Assembly: GCF_001194135.2 (NCBI RefSeq)
Contig: NC_068984.1
Location: 42,607,309-42,671,308, forward strand
DNA from: Octopus bimaculoides
Taxonomy: Eukaryota
Length of the DNA: 64,000 bases
Direction: 5' to 3'
Shown here: one piece after another, positions 25,785-37,793 of the stretch
Layout: every line of letters starts with the position of its first letter
Numbering within the stretch: position 1 is the stretch's first letter
Notes under the pieces: generated by a model
Told to the model about the DNA's origin: nothing
Seen by the model: only the letters and a program-made list of their open reading frames with translations
The model's database searches: none
Position numbers and translations under genes: made by a program

Positions 25785-26253
25785 GCTGTTTGGCAAGAAG
25801 TTTACTTTCCACATATGTTTTCAAGTTCAGCCACTCTCTGTAACCCTGCAAGCAAGTGTTTTCTACTCTGCGCCAGGTCGAGCAAAGCCTTATGAGTGGA
25901 TTTGTGAAACAGAAACTGAAAAAAACTTGTTGTATGTGGATATGTGTACGTATTTGTGTGTGTGTGTGAGAGAGAGAGAGAGAGTGTGTGTGTAAGTGTG
26001 TGCTTGTGTATGTATATATATATGTGTGTGTGTGTATGTATCTCTGTGTGTGTGTTTGTGTTTGTCCCCCACCATCAACTGTAGGTTTGTTTACGTACTC
26101 GTAACTTAACGGTTCAGCAAAAGAGACCGAGAGCATAAGTACAAGGCTTTAGAAATAAAGTACTGGATTCGATTTATTCGGCTAAACTCTTTAAGGCGGT
26201 GCCCCAGCATGGCCATAATCTAATGATTGAAACAAGTAAAAGAAAAGGATAAA
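25785..26253 (+). mobile_element. Family-B SINE with internal (GT)/(GA)/(AT) microsatellite
   Basis: GCAAGTGTTTTCTACT and AAAGCCTTATGAGTGGATTT...GAAACTGA, then a microsatellite, then GGTTCAGCAAAAGAGACCGA, AAGGCGGTGCCCCAGCATGGCC and TGATTGAAACAAGTAAAAG. Confidence 0.85.
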
Positions 26254-27852
26254 CTTATCACATACCTAAATAACCACATCAATGTTAACCTTAATTTTCC
26301 GACTTATTTATTAAGAAAAACAACTTTCAGCTACGATTCGAATTGCTAAATTTAATTTGGAAATCAATTCTGTCGTTTTTTTCAGCACCGTATTTGCCCA
26401 AGATATAAACTAGGTTAGAGCTACAGCTTTCGGATTTGTCCTCTTGCTTCCTTTTCGTCTTGTGACATCATTCTCTTTAGTTTTACATACATTCATGCAC
26501 ATAGCTTCCTTTATGTAAATATTCCTCTCCTTCGGCATATTTATGTATGATATTCTCACACCTGCCTTTCTATTTCATTCGTTTTTTGAACTATGTTTCT
26601 ATTGCCCATATCTCCATTGTTATAAGTTCGCATTAAAAAAAACAGAAAGTAGGGTCTATTTATCATTGTATTGAGAGAAATTATTGAACTTCATTTTAAT
26701 ACTATATCGTCAACTATTAAGTAACAATGCAGTAAAAAATTTTGAGTTTCTCAAAAATATCATTTTATAGTTATTATGAATATAGTTGAATTGTAAATAA
26801 AATTTCGTGAATATGAATCCGATGACGGTAAAATAACTTAAGTCAACGACCTTTAAATATTTAGCATGAAGTCTCCGCCAGTTCATACCTTAGTATCTTA
26901 AACAAAGATAATGAGTACTCCTGGAATGTCATGTATGACAGTTCTGCTCAAATAAGAGTTACTTAGTGAATAAAGTCGACAAGTCCGCAAAGTCTAATGG
27001 TTATTTCATGCGTGACTTGCAATTCTGCATCAAATTTAAACTTTTTCTCGGAAGACTATATATATTTTTTCTGCGTGCTTGATTCGGTTTTTACTGTTTC
27101 TGTTGTTTGTATAACTAGTTTTAAATTTATCGCTTGATTAAAAGAAAAAAAACATTATTCCCTTGTTCGCTTCGATTTGTATTATTCCGTTCTTTACGAA
27201 ACCAGCAACTTCTAAATTCATCGTTTTAGTCGAAAGGTTACTTATATTCTCTTTTCGTTTCGTTTTGCAGTTATTCTGCCAACAACGTTATATACTTTTC
27301 GTTCAATTTTCATGTTCACTAGTCCATATTCTCACAGCTCAATATACTGTCGGCACCACTGTAATAAACAATATTGTTATAGGTGTCAAAATTTTAATGA
27401 TTTCCAGTCGACAACTGATGATGGAATTAGACTTGCATATATGAATATTTGTATATTAGTAAAAGAATAGATACAATAACAAATCTTTTTAGTTACAGAA
27501 ATTATATATTATCCTTTTATTGCAGAGGTAATTTGAGCTTTGTATTATGTCCTTCGTTAAATATATATTTCATTAGCGTCTCAATTTGCAAAAATATTTC
27601 ATGAAATACACAATTAATAATATATCGAATTTTTTCTGACCTCTTTTTATTTTCCTCTTTTTTTTTTTTTGCTATTGCAAATATGAGGAAGAAAGAATCC
27701 CAATCGAATGTTGTAGCACATAACTCTACGCTAATTTTAACTTGCCAACAGAAAGGTCAAGGTCACACACTTTGCGTCATTTGTATGGATGTCCGAAACA
27801 TAGTTAAACAATGAATAATATTTAACTACGTTTTAGTATTTATCGTTTCCAT

Positions 27853-28075
27853 AAAGCAGCAAGCTGGCAGAATCGTTGCCAACGCTGGACAAAGTACCTA
27901 GCAGCATTTCTTCCGACTTCACGTTTTGATTTCAAATGCCGACGGAGTCGATTTTGCCTTTCATCTTTTCGGGCCCAATAAAATAGTACTAGTTGGACAC
28001 TGGGATCGATGTAATCGACTTATACCCCTCACCTGAAATTGCTGGTCTTGTGCCAAAATTTAAAACCAATATTTA
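27853..28075 (+). mobile_element. Family-A SINE, full length
   Basis: A-box-like AGCTGGCAGAATCGTT, B-box-like GATTTCAAATGCC, core TTTGCCTTTCATCTTTTCGGG, tail AAATTGCTGGTCTTGTGCCAAAATTT. Confidence 0.9.
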
Positions 28076-28135
28076 ATATGTTTACGTCTGCTACTTTTCC
28101 GCTTGTTAATGTAAAATCTAATTTGTCAATTGCAG

Positions 28136-28205
28136 TTGCCCGGCTGGTTATATCGGTGAACGATGTGAAATGATTGACCATGAATACTAAATATATATCT
28201 GTGAG
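28136..28205 (+). CDS. Host exon encoding the C-terminal part of an EGF-like domain, EGFR-ligand-like (x-CPAGYIGERCEMIDHEY*); coding to 28190
   Basis: Acceptor ...TCTAATTTGTCAATTGCAG| with branch-like CTAAT at 28118-28122 and donor GAG|GTAAGT at 28205/28206. The phase-2 frame gives C-x2-G-Y-x-G-x-R-C-E. The other two frames hit stops without any motif. Confidence 0.7.
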
Positions 28206-28463
28206 GTAAGTAAAAGAAAACACAAAGAACATTTTTATATATTTTCATTAAGTTTTGACTTATCAAATTATAATTAATGAAATACAAAGGATCAAAGTAA
28301 GCGATCCTTTGATTAGTTGTCCTTTAAAACATTCCTGAAACAATCAGTTTCAGTTAGCGTTAGTAATAATAACAATAGATTATTCTACAATAATTCTCAG
28401 AGTGAAGAAACATGCACACAATTTCCGAATTATCATGGCGTCACAAATGGATATAATTATATT

Positions 28464-28464
<1 letters not shown>

Positions 28465-28507
<43 letters not shown>

Positions 28508-28530
28508 TAAATAGATAGATAGATAGATAG
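28465..28530. repeat. (TAGA)/(CAGA)n tetranucleotide microsatellite
   Basis: Direct reading. Confidence 0.9.
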
Positions 28531-29187
28531 ACAAACAGAGAGAGGTGGGAGGAGAAGAATCAGCACGTATCTTTTGCGATTGCACCAGAGCAATTTAATG
28601 TACGGTAAGGAATGTATTGATTAATAAACTGTGTGGAGCAATAGCTAAATCACGTGTCATTGAAACTGATGTTGTCAACAAATTATATACATTGATCAGG
28701 TTAAAAGATAGAAGTAAACTGCGATAAAATTTAAGAAGGGCTTTTGAACAAGAACCCAGAACTCTTAACTGGAAATATTTCAGAGTCAAGTAGTTTCGCA
28801 AGAACTGTAAAGCTGGGAAAATAAACATCGAGAACCTGCATGTGTGGCTTGTTTTCATTTAACTAAGGAAGTCGATTAATTTCACCACATTATTGATGCT
28901 CCTTATTTATATGCGGTTGTGTGATTGTATAAGTAATCATTATGAGAAAACTGGCTTTGAAACAGACTAAATCGTTTACAGTTTGAAAAGAAAACTTTCC
29001 AGTTGAATAATAATGAAGGCTACAATAAAGATAACACGAAAGGAAGTAAACGATACAGCTAACAACCTATTGTTTGACGACTGAAACTAGAATATTTAGA
29101 AAGTAAAGTATGACAAGCGAAACGTGGCACAACTAGACATCTAAATAATAGCATTTTCACTGTATTTTTCATATATTGATTAAACAA

Positions 29188-29372
29188 GAGGGTTACGTTC
29201 CAAAACCCCCACAGAAATAATTAAGATCTAAATAAAATCTAAATACTTATCGGCCGCTGAAACCCACCATATACTGAGGAGTCCACGATATAAATTTACA
29301 TATATTAGCCAGAAAAATCCGCGATGTACTGAGTACGCGATAGGTGAACTGCGATATGGTGAGGGATTATTG
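29188..29372. mobile_element. Tigger/pogo-like non-autonomous DNA transposon remnant
   Basis: The right end read in reverse, CAATAATCCCTCACCATATCGCAGTTCACCTATCGCG..., and GGGTTACGTTCCAAAACCCCC at the left resemble Tigger-type termini (recognised from memory). Confidence 0.45.
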
Positions 29373-30147
29373 CATATAGATTAATAACAAAAGTTCCATC
29401 TTGATCAAACGTGTTATTTATACAGGAGTTGGGGGATACAATGAGCGGTAGCTTGTTTATCTAGAATTAACAATTCAAACTTCTTGAGCTCAAACCCTAA
29501 AACACATTCCATAATGTAGTTCTCGATAAACTAAGTTTGGAAAAAATACGCTGCTATCACGAGAGAAACTCTTTTCATTTAGTTTACAAATCCAAGGTTG
29601 ACCTTAATACCGTTATTACAGTTTGAGGTGTCTTCAAATCAGTTCGAAAAATTTAAGCATTTGTCAATAATTGCTATTGTTGCTGTTGTGTTTAGTCGAA
29701 AGCCAGCTCTGATCGAGTAGAACTCTGATGTAAGGCATTCTAGCCATAACCGTCACGTTTTACTTTATCAGAAAACGTGCATCATGTACTACATAAATTA
29801 TTTTTCCTTAAGACTGTAAAGTATAATTTCAGGTAGATCTGACCGCTTTTCCTACACAGCAGAGCGTCTCCTTATTTCATTTAGAATATACTAGGTGCTT
29901 ACTTAACATATTGTATTATTATGTATTATTATCTTCTTGTGTGATTTGGGTTCTGCAGAAGTTTGTTTTTAATTATATTACTATTTTTCTTATCATAGAA
30001 TTTTCTTTGCATCATGTTATTAACTTCGTGGAGTGGCTAAATAGCATCTTTAATTGTAGCTATTTGTGGTCTAAGGATATATACATACATAATATATACA
30101 TATACATATAACTATATATGCATAAATATATATATATGTATACTTAC

Positions 30148-30192
<45 letters not shown>

Positions 30193-33100
30193 NNNNNNNN
30201 NNNNNNNNNNNNNNNNNNNNNNNNNNNNNNNNNNNNNNNNNNNNNNNNNNNNNNNNNNNNNNNNNNNNNNNNNNNNNNNNNNNNNNNNNNNNNNNNNNNN
30301 NNNNNNNNNNNNNNNNNNNNNNNNNNNNNNNNNNNNNNNNNNNNNNNNNNNNNNNNNNNNNNNNNNNNNNNNNNNNNNNNNNNNNNNNNNNNNNNNNNNN
30401 NNNNNNNNNNNNNNNNNNNNNNNNNNNNNNNNNNNNNNNNNNNNNNNNNNNNNNNNNNNNNNNNNNNNNNNNNNNNNNNNNNNNNNNNNNNNNNNNNNNN
30501 NNNNNNNNNNNNNNNNNNNNNNNNNNNNNNNNNNNNNNNNNNNNNNNNNNNNNNNNNNNNNNNNNNNNNNNNNNNNNNNNNNNNNNNNNNNNNNNNNNNN
30601 NNNNNNNNNNNNNNNNNNNNNNNNNNNNNNNNNNNNNNNNNNNNNNNNNNNNNNNNNNNNNNNNNNNNNNNNNNNNNNNNNNNNNNNNNNNNNNNNNNNN
30701 NNNNNNNNNNNNNNNNNNNNNNNNNNNNNNNNNNNNNNNNNNNNNNNNNNNNNNNNNATATATATATATATATATATATATACAAATACATATAAAGACA
30801 CCACACAACACTCACACGTATATATGTATATGCAACATACCTAAGATAACCGGGACGAAATTTGAATGAAGTTTGGCTACATCTGTGCATATCATAGTTT
30901 TTTGTTTTTTTTTAATCAGAAACAATAGAACTATCGTATATATTTTTATGTTTAGTGTGTAATGTATCTGTGGTAGGAGAATGATTTATAATTTCTGAGG
31001 GACCACACAATGAGTATCAAATGTAAGTCTTGGAATACACTCTCGTAAATCACAATAATTTTTTTCACGGCAATGTGTAAAATTTACGGCCCTTTAATAA
31101 AATTCATTGTGAATACGTATAGGGATTTTCACACTAAGGAATTTATAGAGCATGGAATTAACCGTGTAGTCAAAGGTTCCTATACTTATATCAGCCCTGG
31201 TCATGACTAACATATATTTCACACTGATATTCTGTACGGTTTGCAAATAAACACAGTAGGAGCACTGCATAATTAGCGGCTGTTTTGTAAGCCTGTTTTT
31301 TGTAAGCCTGTTTTTTGCGCTCCTTTTACCATATTAGTTTTAAATTGACATTGTTTATATACAACTCTTTTTTACTATGCTAATCTACTACAGCCTATTA
31401 TTCAATGAAAAAAACAAAATAAGCCCTAAAAATATTGCGACTACGAGATTATAATAAATCCCATAATCGCTTAATGGTGAGGGGGTTATTTTTAATTAAT
31501 AACTCTTTCTTATTTTGGAAATTGACTCTTGTAGTTTGCAGTGAGCGGAAGATGCTTAAAAAACACGCTATATTGCAAGTAGATAAAAAGATGTGATTGA
31601 TTTCTTCTTTAGGTAGACCTTAATGCAAAAGTATAAACCCTACATGTGTGTATGCTTGGATGAAAAGATGGATGGATGGATGGATATGGATGAGATGCTT
31701 TGCTCCATGCGTGAACTGCAAGAGCTACACAGAGGTTTTGTAAGCTGCAAGCTTTTCTAAATCCATAGTAATGTCTGAAACCCTTCCGTATCGTCAGCAG
31801 TTGTCTCAGGATCACATGTATTTCACCCCATAACCTGAACGCTTTGTCTGAGTGGAACAGCGGCGAGGACTGAAATAGTTTTCACCAGCAAGATGGTAGC
31901 ACTTTAAGTGTAATACAGAAAGTTTGTTACTTTATTTACGTTACAATACACTGCAAAACTACAGCAGAATACACTTGGGTGATGGATCAATGGTTTAACT
32001 CAAAATATTTGAGTGCGTGAACGCGTTATCGAGTGTCAATCCCACTGCCGGTTCTCTTTCGAAGATGAAGTATTATATTGAACGAATTTTAGATAGCCTG
32101 TTGTTGTTGTTAATGCTAATAGAGATGACGATGATGGTAGAGGTGGTGGTGCTGGTGGTGGTAGTGCTGGTACTGTTGCTTCAGTTTTCCTTGTTGTTTG
32201 TCATTTGCTCATGGAAGGTTAAACTTATTGTGCGTCCGTCAAATATAGTTTACACAGCACTTACAACATAGAACTCCAAAATATTCAAGTTTCCCATATA
32301 TAAAATAATGAAGGAGTAATATTGCAATTGCTTTTAATTTTCCACCTATTGTTGATAGTATTTGATACCACAATATTATTGACGAAATAAGAACGAGCTC
32401 TAATACCGGTGGTTGTTCTCTTACTAAAAGCGTAATTTATTCATATCCATGTAGGAAAAAAAACTGTCACAAATGACAGTCTTCTGTTGAGGAAGGAAGC
32501 CAGATTAATTATATCTACATGTTACTGGTCATCGGTTATATTCCATGACATTTTCACATTTCATTTGTAACTTAGGATTATTATGATATCGTGTAAATAT
32601 AGGCTTCCTGAAACAGCTGTCGAGTTATGAATTATCATATTTTCTTATGGTATTTTGCACATTTTCTTTGTATTTTTTGTGCTCCAGGTAAATATATTTC
32701 TATGAAGCCTATGTTAANNNNNNNNNNNNNNNNNNNNNNNNNNNNNNNNNNNNNNNNNNNNNNNNNNNNNNNNNNNNNNNNNNNNNNNNNNNNNNNNNNN
32801 NNNNNNNNNNNNNNNNNNNNNNNNNNNNNNNGTATGTGTGTATGTATATATATATATCGATAGAAATACATACATACATAGTTGTTATATGTATAAATAT
32901 AAACATATGTATATGCATATGTAATATAGATATATATGTATATATGTGTTCGTATGTATTCATACTTATATCCCCTACTGTTTGAAAGTTGACAAATTAT
33001 ACATCTTAGCACTAATGCTGAAGACCTGTCTAGTTCTGTATATTTTTAGCACTCTACTGACTCCAGTAGAATTTAAATATTTTACTGTGGAACACCAAAG

Positions 33101-34879
33101 TAGATTTGTGTAAGCATTTAATCCGATTCTATAACTTCCATCAATCACAATTTTTAGCCAATGAATTTCTTGACAAGGAACTATCAAATAATACTTCCAC
33201 TTCTAAAATGAAAGATTGAATACCCTTTTCTTACTGACTTTAAATTATATTCTATTATCAACTGTCTGTTACAAATATAAATTCTCAAGTTTGGGAGGAA
33301 CGTGGCGGAGTCGAGAAACGCGTGTTTTTCTTTTTTAACTGGCTAATCAATAGCTGTAGCTTATATAATTTTCAAACTCTTTCAGAGTGTGTTACATCTT
33401 GTAGGACAGATAAACCACAGAAATACAAATACAGAAAGAAAAGAAAAGAAATATAAACAATAACAGCAATAAAAGTTATATTGTAGTTTTCTTTATATTT
33501 TCTTGTCCTCTATGTCATAACTCTTGTCTATACAAAACACTGCTGTTGAGTGAAAACCAGTTGGCCATATAAACAGTTATTGGGGTTGGTGGGGAAATGA
33601 GGGCGGAGGCATTCTTGGTGGGCTAACACTATAATGATAGTACTTTAACACAAAGAAAATCATCTGTTATCAAAGCGTGAAATAGAACTGGCGCTTACCA
33701 ATGACGTCATAATCTGGTTTGTCAGCGAAATATATATGGCTAAAGCATATGTGACTTCCATTGACTTAGAAATATACTCCTAATAATATGGTTTTGGTCT
33801 CGTCTATGTTCATTTGTTCGACTGCATTTAAAGATATATGAGTTTATATAAGTATACACGTGTGTGTGCGTGTATGTGTATGTGCCTGTATATGTATATG
33901 CATGTGTGTGTGTGTCTGTGCGTATTTGTGTATATATTTAAATGATATATATGTAAATATGTGTATATGTTTATATATGTATTTGTGTATTCAAGGAAAG
34001 TTGGAACAACAATACCAGACCTTTTGTCTAAATCTCTCTGCTTTTCCCTTCTCTTCACTCCCCTCCCTCCCTTCGTATATACATATACATACATACATAC
34101 ATACATACATACATCATACATACACATNNNNNNNNNNNNNNNNNNNNNNNNNNNNNNNNNNNNNNNNNNNNNNNNNNNNNNNNNNNNNNNNNNNNNNNNN
34201 NNNNNNNNNNNNNNNNNNNNNNNNNNNNNNNNNNNNNNNNNNNNNNNNNNNNNNNNNNNNNNNNNNNNNNNNNNNNNNNNNNNNNNNNNNNNNNNNNNNN
34301 NNNNNNNNNNNNNNNNNNNNNNNNNNNNNNNNNNNNNNNNNNNNNNNNNNNNNNNNNNNNNNNNNNNNNNNNNNNNNNNNNNNNNNNNNNNNNNNNNNNN
34401 NCACACACACACACACACACAGAGGCACACACACGCATATACTCTCGCTAACTCACATACATATGCATGCATCGTTTTTCTTATTTTCTCGAAAAATTGA
34501 ATTTAACCAGTCATAAGATCCTGTCTGCATTCGCTCATCGAGGGTAATGGCCACTTGTGCTCCTGAGAGAATTTGTTTTTAATTTCACGCTAGATTCAGC
34601 CACTTTGGCTGAATCACACACACCTGCTATTCTTCGAGTCCACACCAAGCGTGGTTGTATCAAGAGATTGGTAAAAATTCATAGCAGTCTTTGGGATATT
34701 ATAAAATTAGAAGCAAGAGACATAAAATTTAGCAATAACAGCTAAATTTAGCCATTAGGACCTTCTTGCAAATATCCTTCATCATATTCACTTTGGTTGG
34801 TTTACAATATTTAGAAAGGAATTTGACTCAGGGTAAAATGTCATCTAAGAAGATTATATTTATTTTTTTATCGTTTACA

Positions 34880-35072
34880 TCTTTCATTCATTAGAATAGG
34901 GTACAGTCTTGAAAGGTTTCAGTTAAACTAATCGATCCCAGTACTTTTATTTTTGAACCTGGTAAGTATTCTGTCGATACTTATTCTACGGCATTTATTC
35001 TACGCCGAACCGCTACCGCTAAGTTCAAACAAAAAAGCATTGGTTGCTGAGCTGTGGTAGGTAAAAGCATAA

Positions 35073-35136
<64 letters not shown>
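34880..35136 (-). mobile_element. 3' half of a family-B SINE ending in its internal (CA)n tract
   Basis: AATCGATCCCAGTAC, GCCGAACCGCT..AAGTT and AGCATTGGTTG are reverse complements of blocks in 26050-26250. Confidence 0.6.
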
Positions 35137-35137
<1 letters not shown>

Positions 35138-35139
<2 letters not shown>

Positions 35140-36560
35140 TGTAGGCCCTGATAGATTCCCCGACATTCTCCTGAAGGAATGTAGACACCAACTTCCAGTT
35201 CCTCTGACCAACGTCTGGAGAAATTCTTTAGACTCAGGTTATATACNNNNNNNNNNNNNNNNNNNNNNNNNNNNNNNNNNNNNNNNNNNNNNNNNNNNNN
35301 NNNNNNNNNNNNNNNNNNNNNGCTGTAGTCCCTGATAGATTCCCCGACATTCTCCTGAAGGAATGTAGACACCAACTTCCAGTTCCTCTGACCAACGTCT
35401 GGAGAAATTCTTTAGACTCAGGTTATATACCGAAACAGCTCTTAACCCAACCTGTCATTCCGGTTTTCAGACAGTGAAACAGATCCCTCACAGTTAATTG
35501 TCGCCCAATCTCTCGCCTCCCATATCATTAAAGTGCTTGAAAGGGTGGTGAGATCAAGGATAGCTTGCTTCCTGGAGAGCCACAATCCCCTAAATCCACA
35601 CCAACATGGCTGTCGCTACGGCAGAGACTGTCTAACACAGTTCTTACACCACATCGATGATATCCTTAAAGCTTTGGAATGGAATCAGGTTAGAACTCTG
35701 ATGTCATATATCTTGAATTCAGTCAAGCATTCGACAGAGTCCACCATAATATCCTACTGTCAAAATTGGCAAACGTTGGAATTTGTGGAAAACTACTACA
35801 CTGGATGGAGTATTTCCTGGAGATCAGAACACAACATCTTGTGATGCGTGAAATCCACTCAAGCCCAGCAAAATTCCCCACTGGTGTCCCTCAGGTGACT
35901 GTCTTGGGCCTGCTTCTCTTTATAGTCTATATTAACGACCTTTCAAACGTCATAAAACAGAGCAAAGTGAAAATATTCGCTGATGATTCTAAGCTCCAAA
36001 AAATTATAAATGGAGAAGACCGAACTGAATTCCAGTCTGATCTACATTTTGTGAATCACTGGGCAGACAAAAACAAAATGCAACTAAACGAGGGAAAATT
36101 TGCGCTGATGCATTTTGGAAGAAAGACTATGCTAAAACAATCAAACTCTTTTCTTTCATGGGTCCTAAGAACCTTCAGGTACAGAGAACAAGGTGTCAAT
36201 ATTCCTCTGTTCTCCACTTTTCTACGGCCACACCTCGAATACTGCTGCCCCTGTGGTCTCCCCATACAAAACAAAACATTTCGAAAACTGAATCACCTCT
36301 GAGATCATTCACTAAAAGAATAAAGGGCATGACTGATCTCTTTATTTTATTCTCTCCTGTGCCACCGTGAGCGATACATCATTTGGAAGATGTGGAGAAT
36401 ATACCACCCGCATTGCCCAAACGACCTCAACATTAGTTTCAAAATTCATCCAAGGTTATGACCACGGGCCATACGTCCCTACCCTATTCAACGTGTCCCG
36501 AAACAGATCAGAGACGAAAAGGACCCTATTACCTTTAAACGGAATCTGGACAAATTCTTC
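35138..36560 (+). mobile_element. CR1-group LINE reverse transcriptase region, frameshifted with internal deletions
   Basis: GPDRFPDILLKEC; LERVVRSRI..FLE...LNPHQHG; TGVPQVTVLGLLLFIVYINDL; FADDSKL; LRPHLEYC. The 3' part is homologous to 82-945. Confidence 0.92.
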
Positions 36561-37760
36561 AACCAGTGACACAATTATATATAGTGTAGTTAGCTATTAG
36601 TTCAATAGTGACTGACGATGTAAACAGTCACCGACACATTTTGATGTACGTTGAAGTAGCTCGTGGAAAATGTTGCATGCATCTATGCGGTATAGTTGTA
36701 ATCCATCTTTCATTGTTTAATTCGCATAGGTTTAAAGTCATCGTACCAGCTAAATGCTGAGTCGTTGAATACTCTCACTGAATCTTGCTCACATATATAT
36801 GATTATACTCCTAAGATTATATTATAATGTTATATATAAGATTATACTGGCAAGTTTTGTGAGAGAGTACTAATTATGTTATGATTTTATCCTGATGCTT
36901 GACATGAATAAAGATGTGAGCTACTTTGGCTTCTGAGTCCAACACGATGCTAACATTTTTTCTCTGGGTAAAACATATTACGTAAATTTATATTGCTAGT
37001 GGAAAAAGATGTTAAGTCATGTGAAAATATCGTTGGCAGCAGCTGGTGTCTATCTTACGTAAAGTTGCGCTTCAAGCCATGAAACTGGAGTTATCCACAG
37101 GCAATCAAGTCACTTATATATATTTTATACAATTAATTAAGAAAAGATCAGATTTCCATTCTCTCTCCCTCCCTCCCTCTCTCTCTCNNNNNNNNNNNNN
37201 NNNNNNNNNNNNNNNNNNNNNNNNNNNNNNNNNNNNNNNNNNNNNNNNNNNNNNNNNNNNNNNNNNNNNNNNNNNNNNNNNNNNNNNNNNNNNNNNNNNN
37301 NNNNNNNNNNNNNNNNNNNNNNNNNNNNNNNNNNNNNNNNNNNNNNNNNNNNNNNNNNNNNNNNNNNNNNNNNNNNNNNNNNNNNNNNNNNNNNNNNNNN
37401 NNNNNNNNNNNNNNNNNNNNNNNNNNNNNNNNNNNNNNNNNNNNNNNNNNNNNNNNNNNNNNNNNNNNNNNNNNNNNNNNNNNNNNNNNNNNNNNNNNNN
37501 NNNNNNNNNNNNNNNNNNNNNNNNNNNNNNNNNNNNNNNNNNNNNNNNNNNNNNNNNNNNNNNNNNNNNNNNNNNNNNNNNNNNNNNNNNNNNNNNNNNN
37601 NNNNNNNNNNNNNNNNNNNNNNNNNNNNNNNNNNNNNNNNNNNNNNNNNNNNNNNNNNNNNNNNNNNNNNNNNNNNNNNNNNNNNNATATATATTTGTAT
37701 ATATATACGCACATATATATATATATGCATGTATGCATATATGTATATTACACACACATA

Positions 37761-37793
<33 letters not shown>

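Noticed and set aside
35138-35430. 109-bp direct duplication either side of the 35247-35321 gap
   Set aside because: 108/109 identical and exactly at contig ends; most likely an unmerged assembly overlap.
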